Made by a program: the position numbers and the translations under genes. This document shows positions 26,233 to 40,918 of a stretch of DNA of 64,000 bases, one piece after another. The DNA is from the human T2T-CHM13v2.0 reference genome, Homo sapiens, in assembly GCF_009914755.1 (NCBI RefSeq), contig NC_060944.1; one strand, given 5' to 3'. Every line of letters begins with the position of its first letter. Position 1 is the first letter of the stretch. Below the pieces are notes generated by a model. That model worked only from the letters and a program-made list of their open reading frames with translations. It ran no database searches and had not been told where the DNA came from.

Positions 26233-27827
26233 AGGGCAAGGACTCATGAAGCCTAAGTCTATTCCCCCATCTACTCTTCCCCCAGTTTGCAGCACACTGC
26301 CTGCCACATAGCTGTGTCCACAGAATTCCACAGGAAAATTCCCTCCAGGGTGCCTCCAGACCTAAATGCCTTCAGAAGAGAGTGAAAACACTACTGACTG
26401 AGGATTATTAATTGCCTAGAACTTTCCAAATCCCTAACCACAATGACTGAAGAGATGAATTTACAAAAAGTCAGTGTTTACAAACCACTTACCTCAGTTT
26501 TTGGAAATGAGAGGAAACAGAAACTGAGATGGAAAATACAGATGAACTTCAGAATTAAACTTTAGAAAACCGTGATTGCACAAGGAGATGGAGCTTGGGT
26601 AGGGAGGGAGTGTGGTGTGCTGGGAAGAGTCCTGGGTTACAACTAAAATCTCGGGCTGTGAACTCCTTCAATACTGACCATAACAGCACAGCATTGTTCT
26701 CAGTGTAAAATCAGGCCAAGCCCTTTCATTACATAAATAAGGGAACTGAAGTCCAGAGAAGCTGGCAAGGCCATGCCACCAGTTAGGGACAAAAGAAGGC
26801 CTAGGCCCCCACTTCTGGTTTAGTCCTCCTCCTGCAGCACAGCTTTGCCACAAACACAAGCCTTTCTGGACCTCAGGTCCTGATCTACATGGGGGGCTGG
26901 ACTAGATGTTTTTGAGCTTTCTTCCAACTTTGGCCTTCTAGTGAGGAAGTGTAGCTTAACAAGTTAGGAGCTGTGTTCTGGAGTGGGAAAGGCCTGAACT
27001 TGGATCTTAGCACTAACGATTTTCTTACCTGTAAAATGGGGATTAGCATCAACTCTACCCCGTAAAGCTGTTGTGAGCATCAAGTGGGATAATAAAGCAC
27101 TAAGCATAATAGCAGAATTCTAACCGTGTGAACCTGAAGAAACTGCAAAAGCTCTGAAACCACGTTTCCCCAACACAGTAAGCCCTACCTGCTAGGCAGG
27201 TATGTTGTGTATTGTTGACAAAATAAGAGAGCATATGTGAAGGCAGTCCGGGAGGAAAGTCAATACAAAAGGCAAAGCATTTGTTGGTGTTCCACTATTA
27301 TTATTACTATTTCCCAGTGGAAGAACTTTGGAAAATGTTATGATCAGTTCCAAAGCAGCAGCTAATACAATGCCTGGCAAATAAGAAGTGCTCAACAAAT
27401 ATTTTCTAGTGACTCACATGAAACCAGCATAGCATGCCTAATAGGGTTATAAATTCAAATGTCTTGGGCAGCCAAGCAGGTAAGTAAATAAAACAAGCAG
27501 CCTCCATGTAGGGTCTGTAACACTGCAAAGTACCACCTTGCCTAGAGGAGTTTAAATCCAACATTTTTAAAAACACATCATGCAGCTTGGCCAAGACAGC
27601 CACTTTGCAGCCTCCAGCCCATACTGATTCTGGCTCTTCATTACACCTCATGATGCCTTGCATACCATCTAGTCATTTTATGTGATCCAGTCTTGTCTTT
27701 CCAAGTATACCTGAAGCATCCTGAAGATGAAGGCTATGACATACACCGCCCAATCACCAAAAATGGCTTACAACAGTGCTGGTCACGTGGTAGATACTCA
27801 GTGAGCAATTGCTGAACTGGGGCTGTA

Positions 27828-28125
27828 GGCCGGGCGCCGTGGCTCACGCCTGTAATCTCAGAACTTTGGGAGGCTGAGGTGGGCGGGTCACTTGAGATCA
27901 GGAGTTCAATACCAGCCTGGCCAACATGGTGAAACCCCGTCTCTACTAAAAATACAAAAATCAGCCGGGCACGGTGGCAGGCACCTGTAATCCCAGCCAC
28001 TCAGGAGGCTGAGGCACAAGAATCGCTTGAACGTGGGAGGTGGAGGTTGCAGTTAGCCGAGATGGCACCATTGCACTCCAGCCTGGGCGACAAGAGTAAA
28101 ACTCCATCTCAAAAAAAAAATAGAA
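27828..28125 (+). mobile_element. AluS
   Basis: Full Alu with A tail. Confidence 0.95.
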
Positions 28126-28644
28126 AAGCCAGGCTATAAACTCAAGCCTAGTATTCTCAGCACCTCTGAGATGCTGCATGGTATGTGTTTTTTTCTATCC
28201 AGGTCCTGGGACCAGACTTAGTCCAGGCTGGGCCGAGGTATGGTGACCAGGTCAAAGGACTTGCCTTGCAGGGTTTTCTTCAACTGCATCAAATATGCTT
28301 CTTGCTGAGCCACCTTGGCAGGTGGTACTGCTACATCTGGACACATTATCTGAGCACAGAACAAGCTAGAATATGCTGTACACTGAAGTTTTTAAAGAAG
28401 TTTGGTCCTGACTTCCTGTACCCTCAAACTTCCTTTGCACCTCCTAGAGTCCACATCAGATATATAGAAAGACCAGACTGAAGATGAACAGATAGAGGTC
28501 CTAATCTCACCTCCTCCACTTACAAACTCTAGAATTATCCCCGGCAGGCAACCTCTTTTAGAAGCTTCACTATCGATATCAGTAAAGTGCAGATAACAAC
28601 AGTTATCTCAAAAGACTCTAGAGGGTATACAAAGTGTGTGACAC

Positions 28645-28945
28645 TGTACAGCCCAATACCACAATCCCTGGCCATAGGTGGTTACTAAGCACTTGAAAAG
28701 TGGCACAGGCTGCCCTCTGTGTAAAATACAAACCAGGTTTCAAAAACTTAGTACAAAAAACAAGAACGTAAAATATCCCATTAATAATGTTTTAATATTG
28801 ATTATGTTATAATAATATAATTTTGGAATATATTGTGTTAAATATATTACTAAAATAATTTCAGCTGTTCCATTTTTTAATGTGGCTACTAGAAAATTTA
28901 AAATTATATCTATGGCTCACATTACATTTCTATTAGACAGCAGCA
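28645..28945 (-). mobile_element. MER33-like hAT-Charlie
   Basis: aatgtggctactagaaaatttaaaattatatctatggctcacattacatttctattagacagc. Confidence 0.8.
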
Positions 28946-29064
28946 TCACTCTAGCATAGAGCCTGGCACACAAAAAGCATTCCAAATGTCAGTTTCATTC
29001 CCCTGCAGGTAGGACATCAGTGACCACGATTCACATCCCCTTCCTCTTGCCAAATTCAAACCCT

Positions 29065-29600
29065 GCATCTATTTATTTGGTAAATATTTATATTGCCTGG
29101 CCCTGTGTGAGATGCTAGAGATACTACATGAAGCAAAACCGACACTATCTTCTTCGTGGACCTTACAATCTGGTGGGATGGACAGAGAAATATCAATACT
29201 TTTGTAAATAAATGTAAAATTGCAGTTGTGCAAGTGTTGTTAAGGACAAGTACCCAGGGTGATAAACGTGGGGTACTGGTCGAAAAGTCAGGGACAGGGA
29301 TGCCTCCCCTGCAGAAGTGATGCTTAAGCGGAGATCTGAAGGATGAAGAAGAGTTTACAAGACTAAGCCAGGGGAGGAAGAGCAGACCAGGGAGGAGGAA
29401 TACTAAATAAAAGGCCCCAAGGAAGGCAGGAGCTTGGGATGTAGAAGGAACAGAAAGAGGCCAGTGTGTGGAGAGCACTGAGCAAGCGGACGGACGAGTA
29501 GACAGACTTGGGAGAGGTCGGCGGGACCGGATCTCCAGGGCCTGGGTGAGGTTCTGGATCTGACCCTACAAAGGGGTGGGACGCCGGGCCAGTTTCATGC
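29065..29600 (-). mobile_element. L2
   Basis: Antisense L2 3' end and body (agatctgaaggatgaagaagagttt...). Confidence 0.65.
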
Positions 29601-29631
29601 CCTAAGCATCCAGATCTGCTCTGCATTTCTC

Positions 29632-30046
<415 letters not shown>

Positions 30047-30049
30047 TCA

Positions 30050-30860
30050 AGGGTGAGCGCAGGAGGTGGAAAGTACATGCACCGGGGTGCTACTGAGCCA
30101 GCAGGATCCACGGGGCGGACTGGTGGACGCGGGCAGCCGGGTCCAGGTTGAGCATGACCCCGGGCTTTCAACTCGTGCGGGCCCGCCCCGAGCGCTCTCC
30201 GGCTTCTTCCCAGCCCTCTCCTTGCCGCCCCTCCCCGATCTTCCCACCCAACGCCTCCCTCCTTCTCCCTCCGACCGCTGCCCAGCCCAGCCCCCGTGCC
30301 TGACTGCCTGGCCCGCCCTCTTCCGCCACGCGACGCCCCTTCTGGGTCCAGGACCCGGTCTCTCCTCCCTTCCTAAGGCCCCGGCAGGGCCGCCACCCCT
30401 CGGGGGCCTGACGAACCGGCGCGGTCCAGCCCAGGCCCGCCCTCTCAGCCCCTCAGCCTCCGGAGCAGACGCTAGCCGCAACGCTCGGCCCGGCCTCTCT
30501 TCCCTGCGTCTTTCGGGCCGGGCCCCTCTCCACCGCCTGCCGCGCCCCGACCCCCAGGGCGCCCCTCACTCACCAGGGCGCAGACCTAGGCCCAGCTCCT
30601 GCTCCCGGGTCTCCGCTCGGCGGCTCCTCCAGCCTCCGCCCGCCCCGCCTTCTTGGGACCCCGCCCCGCACAGGCCGGGCCCGGCTTCTATTGCTCCGAC
30701 TCGCCGTCACGCTGAAGTCTCTTTCTTCAATTAGGTTGCTTGTCTGTCACTCAAGAAGGGGCGGGCACAGCTGCCGGTAGAGGGGAAAAACGCCGGCCGT
30801 CCCCGCCCCCCTAGTGGAGGCCTCTTAAAGAAACAGGACGCCATTCCCCTGCGGGCTACA
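30050..30860. promoter_or_regulatory. CpG island / TATA-less ELMO2 promoter with multiple Sp/KLF GC boxes
   Basis: Very high GC and CpG density; CCGCCC/GGGCGG at about 30636-30650, 30660-30670, 30758-30766, 30801-30810. Confidence 0.9.
30574..30641 (-). other. ELMO2: ELMO2 exon 1 (5'UTR; 5' end approximate)
   Basis: Minus-strand donor CTG|GTGAGT at 30574/30573 inside the CpG island, just downstream of the GC boxes; no ATG in the exon. Confidence 0.8.
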
Positions 30861-31284
30861 GGGTCTGAAGGAAGGTAATTTCCCAGCTAACCCAAGAGGC
30901 AGCTTTCTTTTTCCCCCAAACTTTTTTTTTCTTTTTGGTATGCAGTCCTAGAGTGAAGGAAAAGGCTTTTGCTCGCTGTGTCAAATCATAGGTTGTGAGC
31001 TCTAAGCGGGCCTCTGGTGGCACTCCGCCCTGTGCCCAGCGGGCACTTACCGCACACTCAACAGTGGGGATAGCTGTGGTTTGGGGAACTGAGTGGGAGG
31101 TGACAGTCGTGTCAGAGGCTGTGAGCAGCCGCGCTGCTCACCACCGAGTTGGAGCTAATTATACCGGCACCCAGGGCTGACCGTGGGCGCTGAGCAGAGG
31201 CAGAAGGGTACAACTCAGCTGTGCTGTTGGAAGGGATCCGTGGGAGGTGGCATTCGTCACTGCACCTGCGGATCGGAACAAGGC

Positions 31285-31760
31285 CGGGCACCGCGCCAAG
31301 GACTCACTCCTGCTGTCTCTCTTCATGCTCACAGCAGCCGTGTGATGGAGGGAGCACCGTGATCCCTTCGCTGCAGATGAGGAAACTGAGGCTCAGAGAG
31401 GGTCCGAGATCTTACAGCTGGTGAGGGGCAGAGCAAGATGCCAACCTATGCCTGTTGGATTCCAAAGTTTATACTTTAATCGTTTGTCTAGCAGATTCTT
31501 ACAACAATCCTGGGAGGTGTGTATTCAGCTGTCCCTTTGCAGATAAAGAAACTGATACTCAGCAAAGAGACGATGTAGTGACTACCACTTGTAGGCCACT
31601 ACGCAGTCTGCAAAGCAGTTTTACATACGTTGTTTCATTTGATCCTCGAAACATCTTGGAATTAAAGATGATTTTTGTTAGTCCTATTTTACAGGTGAAT
31701 AAAGTGAGGCTTGGGGAGGTTGAGGCTTAGCCATAGCTAACATTGCTAAAACTCTGGCAG
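31285..31760 (+). mobile_element. Cluster of three MIR fragments
   Basis: Three MIR cores: gcagatgaggaaactgaggctcagagag; gcagataaagaaactga; ttttacaggtgaataaagtgaggc. Confidence 0.7.
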
Positions 31761-32134
31761 GAGTTACTCTTTCTCCTTCTCACTGGCTGGACCCAGCCTT
31801 GACCTTGTGATGATGATGACGACGTGCTAGGGAACAGAGCTACAGCACAGGAGGTGCCAAATGCTACCTGCCTACTTGGGACACTCACTTCATACTCTTA
31901 TGTGAAAGCGAAATGATCTTCTCCGTTCCTTTTATTATTAACTTTGATAGCAGGGAGGGCTGTTTGAGCCAACCCTGCACTCACACAACACTGAGGAAGA
32001 AAGGCTTAAATTTTGTACCCTGGGTGCCTCAGTTTGCTTCATCCTAGTCCTGGCTCTGCTTAATAACACATTTATCCAAGGAATGAATCACTCACTTGAG
32101 AGCTTTACAAGACTGTGTCATTTTTTTTTCCTGA

Positions 32135-32600
32135 TATTGCCAGTGCAGGTTCTTTGATTGCCAGTCTTAGGAATCAATTCTGGCTAACTTTACCCAAAAA
32201 AGATTTTATTGGCAGGCTAGTGTTTAACTCACAGAGGTAACAGGAAGCTGGAGAATCAGGCTTAGAAAAGGACAGAAAGTGGAGATGCTTTGAGAGTTTA
32301 GGCAGGCAAGTGAATCAATTCCATGTTTTTCTTCCCTTTCTTGACCAGAGTTTTCTTTGATGAGTCAAAGTCCCTGGAGCAAGGGTTCGATTGGCGGAGC
32401 TCAGGTAACATGTCCACACTTTAGCTAAGGAGGGCGGGCAACTTGATGGACAGCTCCACCAAGACTGCACAGAAGTGCAGAGTTCCAGATCCCTCTTCCT
32501 CCACCTCAGCTGCTCCCAGTGGGCAACTAGGTTCAGGTGCCGTGTTTTCAGGCTGGAATCAAATAGGAGGAGTACCTGCAGCTGAATGTCATGATTACAC
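32135..32600 (-). mobile_element. Old MaLR (MLT1-type) LTR fragment
   Basis: caggttctttgattgccagt...ctggctaacttt...gattttattgg pattern. Confidence 0.5.
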
Positions 32601-32942
32601 AAATGCAATTGTGTCTGGCACGTGGGAGAGGATAGTAGAGATTCTGAGCTTTGTAACCTTGCAGACCTTTGTGCTATTTACCAGCTGTTTGTCCCTGGGT
32701 AAGTTACTAGATCTCTCTGAGCCTGTCTCCTCATGTGTACAATGGGGAGAATAACAGTACCAGCCTTAATGGATTGTTGTGAGAAATGAGATCACTGTAA
32801 ATATACAACAGTTAGCAAAATGTCTGCATTTAAGTGCTCAATAAATTGTAAATTATAAAATTTTAAAATTATAGTAGGCCTTCCATAAGTACTTATTGTG
32901 TGAGTGAATTATCTACCCCTCTCAGTTCTCTAATCCATTTGA

Positions 32943-33241
<299 letters not shown>

Positions 33242-33828
33242 AAATATGGCCCATCTTTAGAGTGGTGGGGAGCTTAGAGACAAAATCTTTACCACGGTCT
33301 ACAAGACCCTAGATGATCTGGCACTTTACTTCTCAGACTTAATCTATTCCTACTCTCGCCCTAACTTACTGTTTGAGTCTTACATACTAATTTCCCATTC
33401 TGTGAACACACAGTTTCTTCTCATCTCTGTGCCTTTGCACTTGCTGTTCCCTCTCCTGGAATGCTCTTCCCCCAGCTCATCACATGGCTTCCATCTTCAC
33501 TTTATTCAGGCCATGCTCTGTTATCTCCTCTTCCAAGTCTTCCCTGACAGCACTGTCTCCTATCATCCAGCCGCTCCACCCTTCTCTTCCCTTAACTTGC
33601 TCTAGTCTTCTCCCTAGCACTGCATGTCATATTACTTTGTTTTGTTTTCTGACTTCCCCATTAGTTGTAAGCTCCATGATGGCAGAGATCTTGACTGTCT
33701 TGATCATAGCTGTATCTCTGCTACCTAGAACATATCTATTATAGTACATAATATGGGGTCAATATCTTATTTTGACCATGTAAAATAATGGTTGCATCAC
33801 TGAGTAAACAAAAATGACCTATGGGTAA

Positions 33829-34274
<446 letters not shown>

Positions 34275-35157
34275 TAGCTCATAAATGTCAAAACCTTCAT
34301 TTATCTGCTAAAGGAAATAGAACTAGCATTTATCATGGGTTTACTATGTGCCAAGAGTTATACCGGAGGCTGTTATACACATTACCACACTTAAAACTGT
34401 CAACTTTCTATGGCAGATTAGTGTGCCCATTTTGCAGATGAGAAAGATTGAAGATTAGAGATGTGAAAAGCTTGCTAAGGCACCTCAGCCTGGCTGGTAC
34501 TCAGTCAGTCCGACTTTCTGTTTACACCACTCAGTGGAAACAGCATTCCACTGCGCATTTAATTCTTCATTTTTTTCACACTTATTAATCCTGGATATAG
34601 ATGAGACTATGTATTAAGGTCTTTACATGATTTATCTCATTTGATCCTCATGTTTCTACGAAGCACATACTGCTATCACCTTTATTTTACAAACGAGGAA
34701 ACTGAGGCACAGAGACTTTAGACATTTGCCCACGGTTACCTGGTTGAGTGGTGAAGCCAGTATTTAAACCCGGCTCTATTTAATTTCAAGGCCTCTGTCT
34801 TTTCTGCAATAGCGCGCTGTCTCCATTAAGACCACTCTCTGCCTCAGATAGAAAGAGAAGAAAAATGGCTAAAACAGGCGAATAAAGTATCATTAAGAAA
34901 ATTCATGGTGACTTGGTTCTTGAAACGGGAAGCAAAAGGGCAGGAGGCAGACAGCCAGTCTAGCACCAGCGCTTGCAGGCTAGGGGTTCACATAACTCAC
35001 AATAACTTAATTTTCGAAGATCGTTCTTCCAGGAACTGGGGGGTGAGGGACGTGGTTATGATGTATTTGTGTGAGTGGAGCCCAGGAAGGGGCCGGACTC
35101 TTGGTGAGCAGTGGCTGTCAGCCCCTGGAAGGCGTGCTCAAGCCGCCTGCGGGAGAC

Positions 35158-35175
35158 CAGCGCCCTCTGCTGGCA
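35158..35175 (-). promoter_or_regulatory. CTCF motif
   Basis: Minus strand reads TGCCAGCAGAGGGCGCTG, matching the core CCASYAGRKGGCRS; lies in a small CpG-enriched patch. Confidence 0.7.
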
Positions 35176-35206
35176 TCGGAAGCCACCTTCCAACATCAAG
35201 CAAGCC

Positions 35207-35225
35207 GGGGGGGGGGGGGGGGGGC

Positions 35226-35304
<79 letters not shown>

Positions 35305-35354
35305 TGGGGAAGCAATGAGATTTGAAAATTTGTGTGTGTGTGTGGGGGGGGGGG
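35207..35354. repeat. Compound G18-(GT)37 ... (GT)n-Gn tract with a 29-bp duplicated spacer
   Basis: Read directly. Confidence 0.95.
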
Positions 35355-35371
35355 CATTGGGGAAACAATGA

Positions 35372-35744
<373 letters not shown>

Positions 35745-36760
35745 TAACATTGGGGTGGGGATCAGGGGCTGTTTAAGGATTTTACATTAATTTATTTACT
35801 CCTAAGGACTTTACATACTGCATCTAACTTAACCTTTACCCTGACCCCCTGAATTAGGAATTATTGTTAGGACTTCGATTTTTCACACGAGGAAGCTGAC
35901 AGAGAGATTAGGTCATTTGCTGTACCGCTATTAAGTGGCAGATCAGAGGCTTGAACAAGTGGACTCTGACCTTCCAGGTCTGTGCCCTGGAAATGACCAT
36001 GTTGCCCTTCTTTGGGTCTGGAGTGCCCCCTGGCAAGTCTCCTTGTACAGAACCTCACTCAGAGCAGACACACAGCAAGGGCTCAGTGCTTCTGAAAATG
36101 GTAACCAGGCTGGGACTTGGTGGTGAGTTTGCTGCTTTTTGTATTCAAGCTCAGGGAGGCTGTAGACTCGCTGGGTGGCTGGCCTTAGAATCCCCTGCAT
36201 CTGTCTGAACCAGAGACAAGCCCCCAGCCAGTGCTCAGGTTGGCCCCTGGGATCTGCTTGTCCAATAGTAACAACATTACAATAGTACAACATTTTGTTT
36301 GGCTACAACAAAGCAGACAGTCCTAATGAACAATGCAAAACATTCAGCACCCAGGGAGGCACCAGTACTGACAGATCAGAACAGACAGCACCCCCTCCCA
36401 CCCCCCAGGGTCCCAGGAGACAGTCCCTCTGCCTCCCCCACAGTATATCCAAGGCTTTAACCCTTTTACTTACTGGAATGTGGGGCATTGGAGGTGGAAG
36501 ATGAGGTCAGCGTTGCTGGGGAAGAGTGGTTTGAGGCAGCTACTATTTACCAATGAATATGGAAGAATTTCAATATTTTAACAGTTGGTGTGGCTATGCT
36601 GGCTGAATACTGCCATCCTTACTGTGGGTCCTGGGGTAATAGTAGGAACTAACTCATGGGTCTGGTGCAGGGGTTACACAAAGAAAAGCAAGTAAAGTTC
36701 CTGCTTCTACTTCAGAGAGGTATTCAGTCAATGAGAGTTGGTCTTAATGGCCTGAACAGA

Positions 36761-36802
36761 TGTGTGTGTGTGTGGGGGGGGGGGGGGGTTGTTGGGGTGG
36801 GG
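36761..36802. repeat. (TG)n followed by a long G run
   Basis: tgtgtgtgtgtgtggggggggggggggg. Confidence 0.9.
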
Positions 36803-37134
36803 AGAATGAGCTAGTCTTGCTGACTCCCGACCCTGTCTCACCATCCATTGTGTTCATCCTCTTCAATTGTAGCTGAGTCCTGGAACCCAGAGCCTGGGGC
36901 GGGTTTGGGGGTTCCTTAACCGGTGTATGGTCACTTTGCTTCACTAGACACCTCCCTGAGTGTCTACACTCAGTTCTACAGAACTGGCTCAGTTTGTCCA
37001 GAGCAGCTGCCCATTTGTTGAAAAGTTGAGGCAGCCATGATAGAGGAAGTGAAGGCCTGGCTGTGGAGGGCTGGCTGCGGGAAGTGACCATGAGATGAGG
37101 CTCTGGTTTATCTAGGAAGACCTCTACATATGAT

Positions 37135-37815
37135 CGTCTATCTATTCTTTCCACAAACATCTGTTGAGTGCTCTGTGTCTGCTAGCTAGTGGCTGTATGT
37201 TAGTGATCAAAACAAACATGGTCCCTGTCCTCCTGGCATTCACAGTGATACAGGGGAGACAGACAGCATATAAAGAAGCAAACAAACATATCAGTGTGAC
37301 TATAAACTGTGATAAATGTAATAGGAAAATGGTTAGGCTCACCTCCCTACATTCCAACAATCAAAGCAGGAGGAGAGCGTAGTCATGGAGGTCCTCCCTG
37401 TGGAGGTGATGATTCTATTGAGACCTGGTAGATGAATAGGAGTTTTCCAGGTAAGAAGTGAAAGGTGGGGTGTTCCAGGTAGAAGGAACAGAAAAAAAAA
37501 ATCATGACTTCAACTGGGTGGTTGGATTACAAAAGCAGAGAGAAGAGAAGAAGAGAAGAGAAGAGAAGAGAAGAGAAGAGAAGAGAAGAGAAGAGAAGAG
37601 AAGGGTTAAGGAGAAGGCAGGCAGCTACTACTAAGGGCCTTGTTGGCCCTGCTGTGGAGAGGGTTAGTTTTATTCTGTGTATAATAGGAATCCATTGGAA
37701 GCTTGCAAACAGGGGAATGACAAAATCTGATTTAAGTTTTGAAAAATATCTAGTTGGTTGCTGTGACCAGATTGTGTTGAGACTAGCTTGTAGAATACGA
37801 AGATGGAAGCAAGGA
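37135..37815 (-). mobile_element. L2 with internal (GAGAA)n at 37537-37602
   Basis: Antisense L2 3' end (caaacatctgttgagtgctct); about 12 GAGAA units. Confidence 0.7.
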
Positions 37816-38234
37816 GTCCGAGTGGGATGTGAATATTAAAAAGCCCCCACCCTCATAGGAAAAGACTGATTGTTCTATGGCCTTAGTAATGAGTAACCAC
37901 CAGAACTGGTCTTAAGCCTAATAGGTTAATGGCAACTCATCTCACTGAATCTGCATCTGAAACCAACCAATCAGTGATAGTCTGTGCTTTGAGAATCAGC
38001 CAAGCTGCCCCAGATTCACTGCAGTGAGTATGTTTCTCAGGCTGGTGTCACCCCTCTCTCTGCTTGGAAACCAAACTCATCCCCAAACAAATTATTCCCC
38101 AAACCTATATAAGATTAACAGTTTGTTTTGCTCATCCAGACTATACCTGACCATTGAAGGGCTCCTGTGCTTAAAGAAGCAAGAAATGCAGCTGGTTGCA
38201 GACACTAAGGGGTGGTTTTATCCTCCAGTAGAGG

Positions 38235-38620
38235 TTGCCTTAGGCTGATCAGGCTGCTACAACAAAATACCGCAGGCTGGGTGGCTTATAAACAACAAAT
38301 ATTTATTTCTTACAGTTCTAGGGGCTGGGAAGTCCAAGATCAAAGTGTCATCAGATTTGATGTCTAATGAGGGCTGCCTTATTAGTTCACAGATGGCCAT
38401 CTTCTCACTGTGTCTTCACGTGGCAGAAGGGGAAAGGAGCTCTCTGAAGTCTCTTTTTTTAAGGGCACCAATCCCATTCATGAAGGTTCCACACTCATGA
38501 CCTAATCACATCCTAAAAGCCCCACTCTAAATACAATCACATTGGGGATTAGTTTTCAACATATGAATGGGCAGTGGGGTGGAGGGTAGGGGGCACATGA
38601 AGCAGTTATCCAGTCTATAG
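38235..38620 (-). mobile_element. MaLR solo LTR (MLT1A/MST type)
   Basis: ggctgctacaacaaaatacc..ggctgggtggcttataaacaac..tttatttcttacagttcta..ggctgggaagtccaagatcaa. Confidence 0.85.
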
Positions 38621-40883
38621 CAGGAGTCTTTACAGTCATCCAGGCTATGGATGGTGGTGGTCTGTTCTCTTGTCACTGCTGAGGATGTCATCCTGGGGTT
38701 TATTCTCTGACCCTCCCTGGGCCAGGCGCCTATGGCTGACAAACCCTTTTCTGAAGGACATTATCTTTCTTTGAAGATTTTATGTCTTTATTTAGGTGTA
38801 CCGTTGCATCTTGTCTCGGGATGTTCTGCCCCTTCAAGGGAATGTGTCATTCGGGGTTGAGTCAGGAGAGAGAAACCACACCAGTTATTTGAACAGACAT
38901 AAGTCAATATAAAGAATTGTTAACCAGGTATAAAGTTGTTAAGTAGGTCTCTGGAAAGGATCAAAAGAACTCTAAGGTCTCATGGGGGTAGCGACTGCAG
39001 AAAGCATCTACCACCTCTAGGGCTGAAAGAAACAAAGAAAAGACATTGAAATTATTAAGACTTAGAATCTGGTCTGCAAGTTTTGAAGAAACTTGCAAAC
39101 TGGACTCAGCTGGTGTTATAAGAAGACACTGCACCGCTGTTGCCAAGGTGAATAAGTGATGCTCAAAACAATTCCACAAAAAGCAAACAGGAAAGAGCAA
39201 AGCCTTTTCCTCTTCTAGACTTGTAGCTCCCTTGAGCACTCCCATTAGCAGAGACTAAGAGAGCTGCTGGTGAAGCAGAAGTGCAGTTTTTCAGAATTCC
39301 AGCTCCAGCACCACAGACCAGGGTATGGAAAGGTAGGTTTGGAGCTGAGAGCCAGCAGCTTAATAACGGGAACAGGGGACATTATATTTCTCTGTTTCTA
39401 TCCCGTTTTTACAAAGTGTTTAATTATCAGACGTCAGCCTCATTTCTAAAATTTGGGGGACTCATCTCATTGTCACCTCAAGTGCTTCTCTTAAGTTGCT
39501 TTCCGTTTGGTTGTGGGAGCAGACGCATGTACAATCAGCTGATTCTTAGCAACATGTGATGCTTTTGGTGAATGAAGGGCCGGAGGAAGTGGCGGAATGT
39601 GGGGACATGTGGGGACAGTTCAGCCTGAATGGTTCTAATCCTTAGAAGTGGCACAAGGCATTTGTACTAGGCATTGAAGCATGAGTGATGAGTAGAATTC
39701 CAACTGAGTTGACAAAAGAGTCACTGTAAGGTCCATTTTACAGAAGAAGAAACTGAGGCCCAGAGAGTTCGTTTCTGGAGTCACAAAGAACCACGTCCGT
39801 CCATCCAACTGCTTAGCCTGGAGTCCTAAACCATTGCCCTGTGACCATAGCTTGCAATTTCTTCAGGTTTATCATCCTATAAAACTGGAATAATGATATT
39901 TGCCTTTTGGGGTAGTGGTGAGGGTTAACTGGTGTCATATATTAAAAACATAAACCCATTTTGGAAGACAGATGCTGGGCACATTTCCACGCCCACTCAC
40001 CAGCCTTGCTACTTGTAGTTCAAATTCGTGCCTCAGCAAAGTTATAAATCAGTCCATGTCATAGATCTGAAGGTGGGAGGGGTGGTGGCGTTCTTACATA
40101 GTTGAAACCAAGAACATAAAATCCTTGAATGTCATTATCTCAGTGAATGCTAATAATAAGGATAATGATAATAATGGTAATATGCTTCCACTTAATGAAT
40201 ACCTACTATGTATGTGCCAGGTATTTTACATATATTATATCACTTTTGCCTATTCGGCAAATAGGTATTTAGTGTGCAACACATGCCTGGCATTATGTTA
40301 ACGCTAACTGCCATAATGAAACTGAGTGTAGGTCTTATCATTCCTGTTTAACAGATGATGAGGTTGAGACTCACCCCTCTGGCCTCTTTTCTCACTTGTA
40401 CAACAGGGACAATAATAATCCTACCTGCAGGATGCATCAGGGAATACAGTTCATATAGCATATTGCCTGGGACATAGCAGATACTCAATGTATGCTTGTT
40501 ACTTAATAGATTAGCACTACTATTTCTGCTAGTGCAACCACTGCTCAGGGTCACAGAGCTAGCAAATGGCCTATCTGACTCCACAGCCTCTGCTCTGTCC
40601 CCTCTGTCATGCTCTTTATGCTACGTCAGTCTTTCTACTATGGCTGCCTTCCCACAAAGGCAGGCCTGGCTTTACTGTAAATTCTGTTGGAAGAAAAGGA
40701 GGAGCAGCCAGAGGGCACCAAGTCACAGCAGAAACAGCTGTTTTGAAACAGAGGCAGGTCCCAGGAGTAGCTATTATCATTTTTTTCTCATAAAAGTGAT
40801 CTACGGATGATTGGGTCAAGATGGCAGATGGGACACTTAATGGCAGCCTCGCCCCACCCCTAAATATCTAGAAATAACAGAAA

Positions 40884-40917
<34 letters not shown>

Positions 40918-40918
40918 T
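40884..40918. repeat. (TG)n microsatellite
   Basis: Read directly. Confidence 0.9.

Noticed and set aside
30066-30734. 222-aa plus-strand ORF (and 144-aa minus ORF 30047-30481)
   Set aside because: Pro/Arg/Ala-rich read-through of a GC-rich island where stop codons are scarce; non-ATG start; no recognisable domain
30803-31023. CTCF-like sites near the promoter (cccccctagtgg; gcctctggtggc)
   Set aside because: Mismatches at core positions; expected by chance in GC-rich DNA
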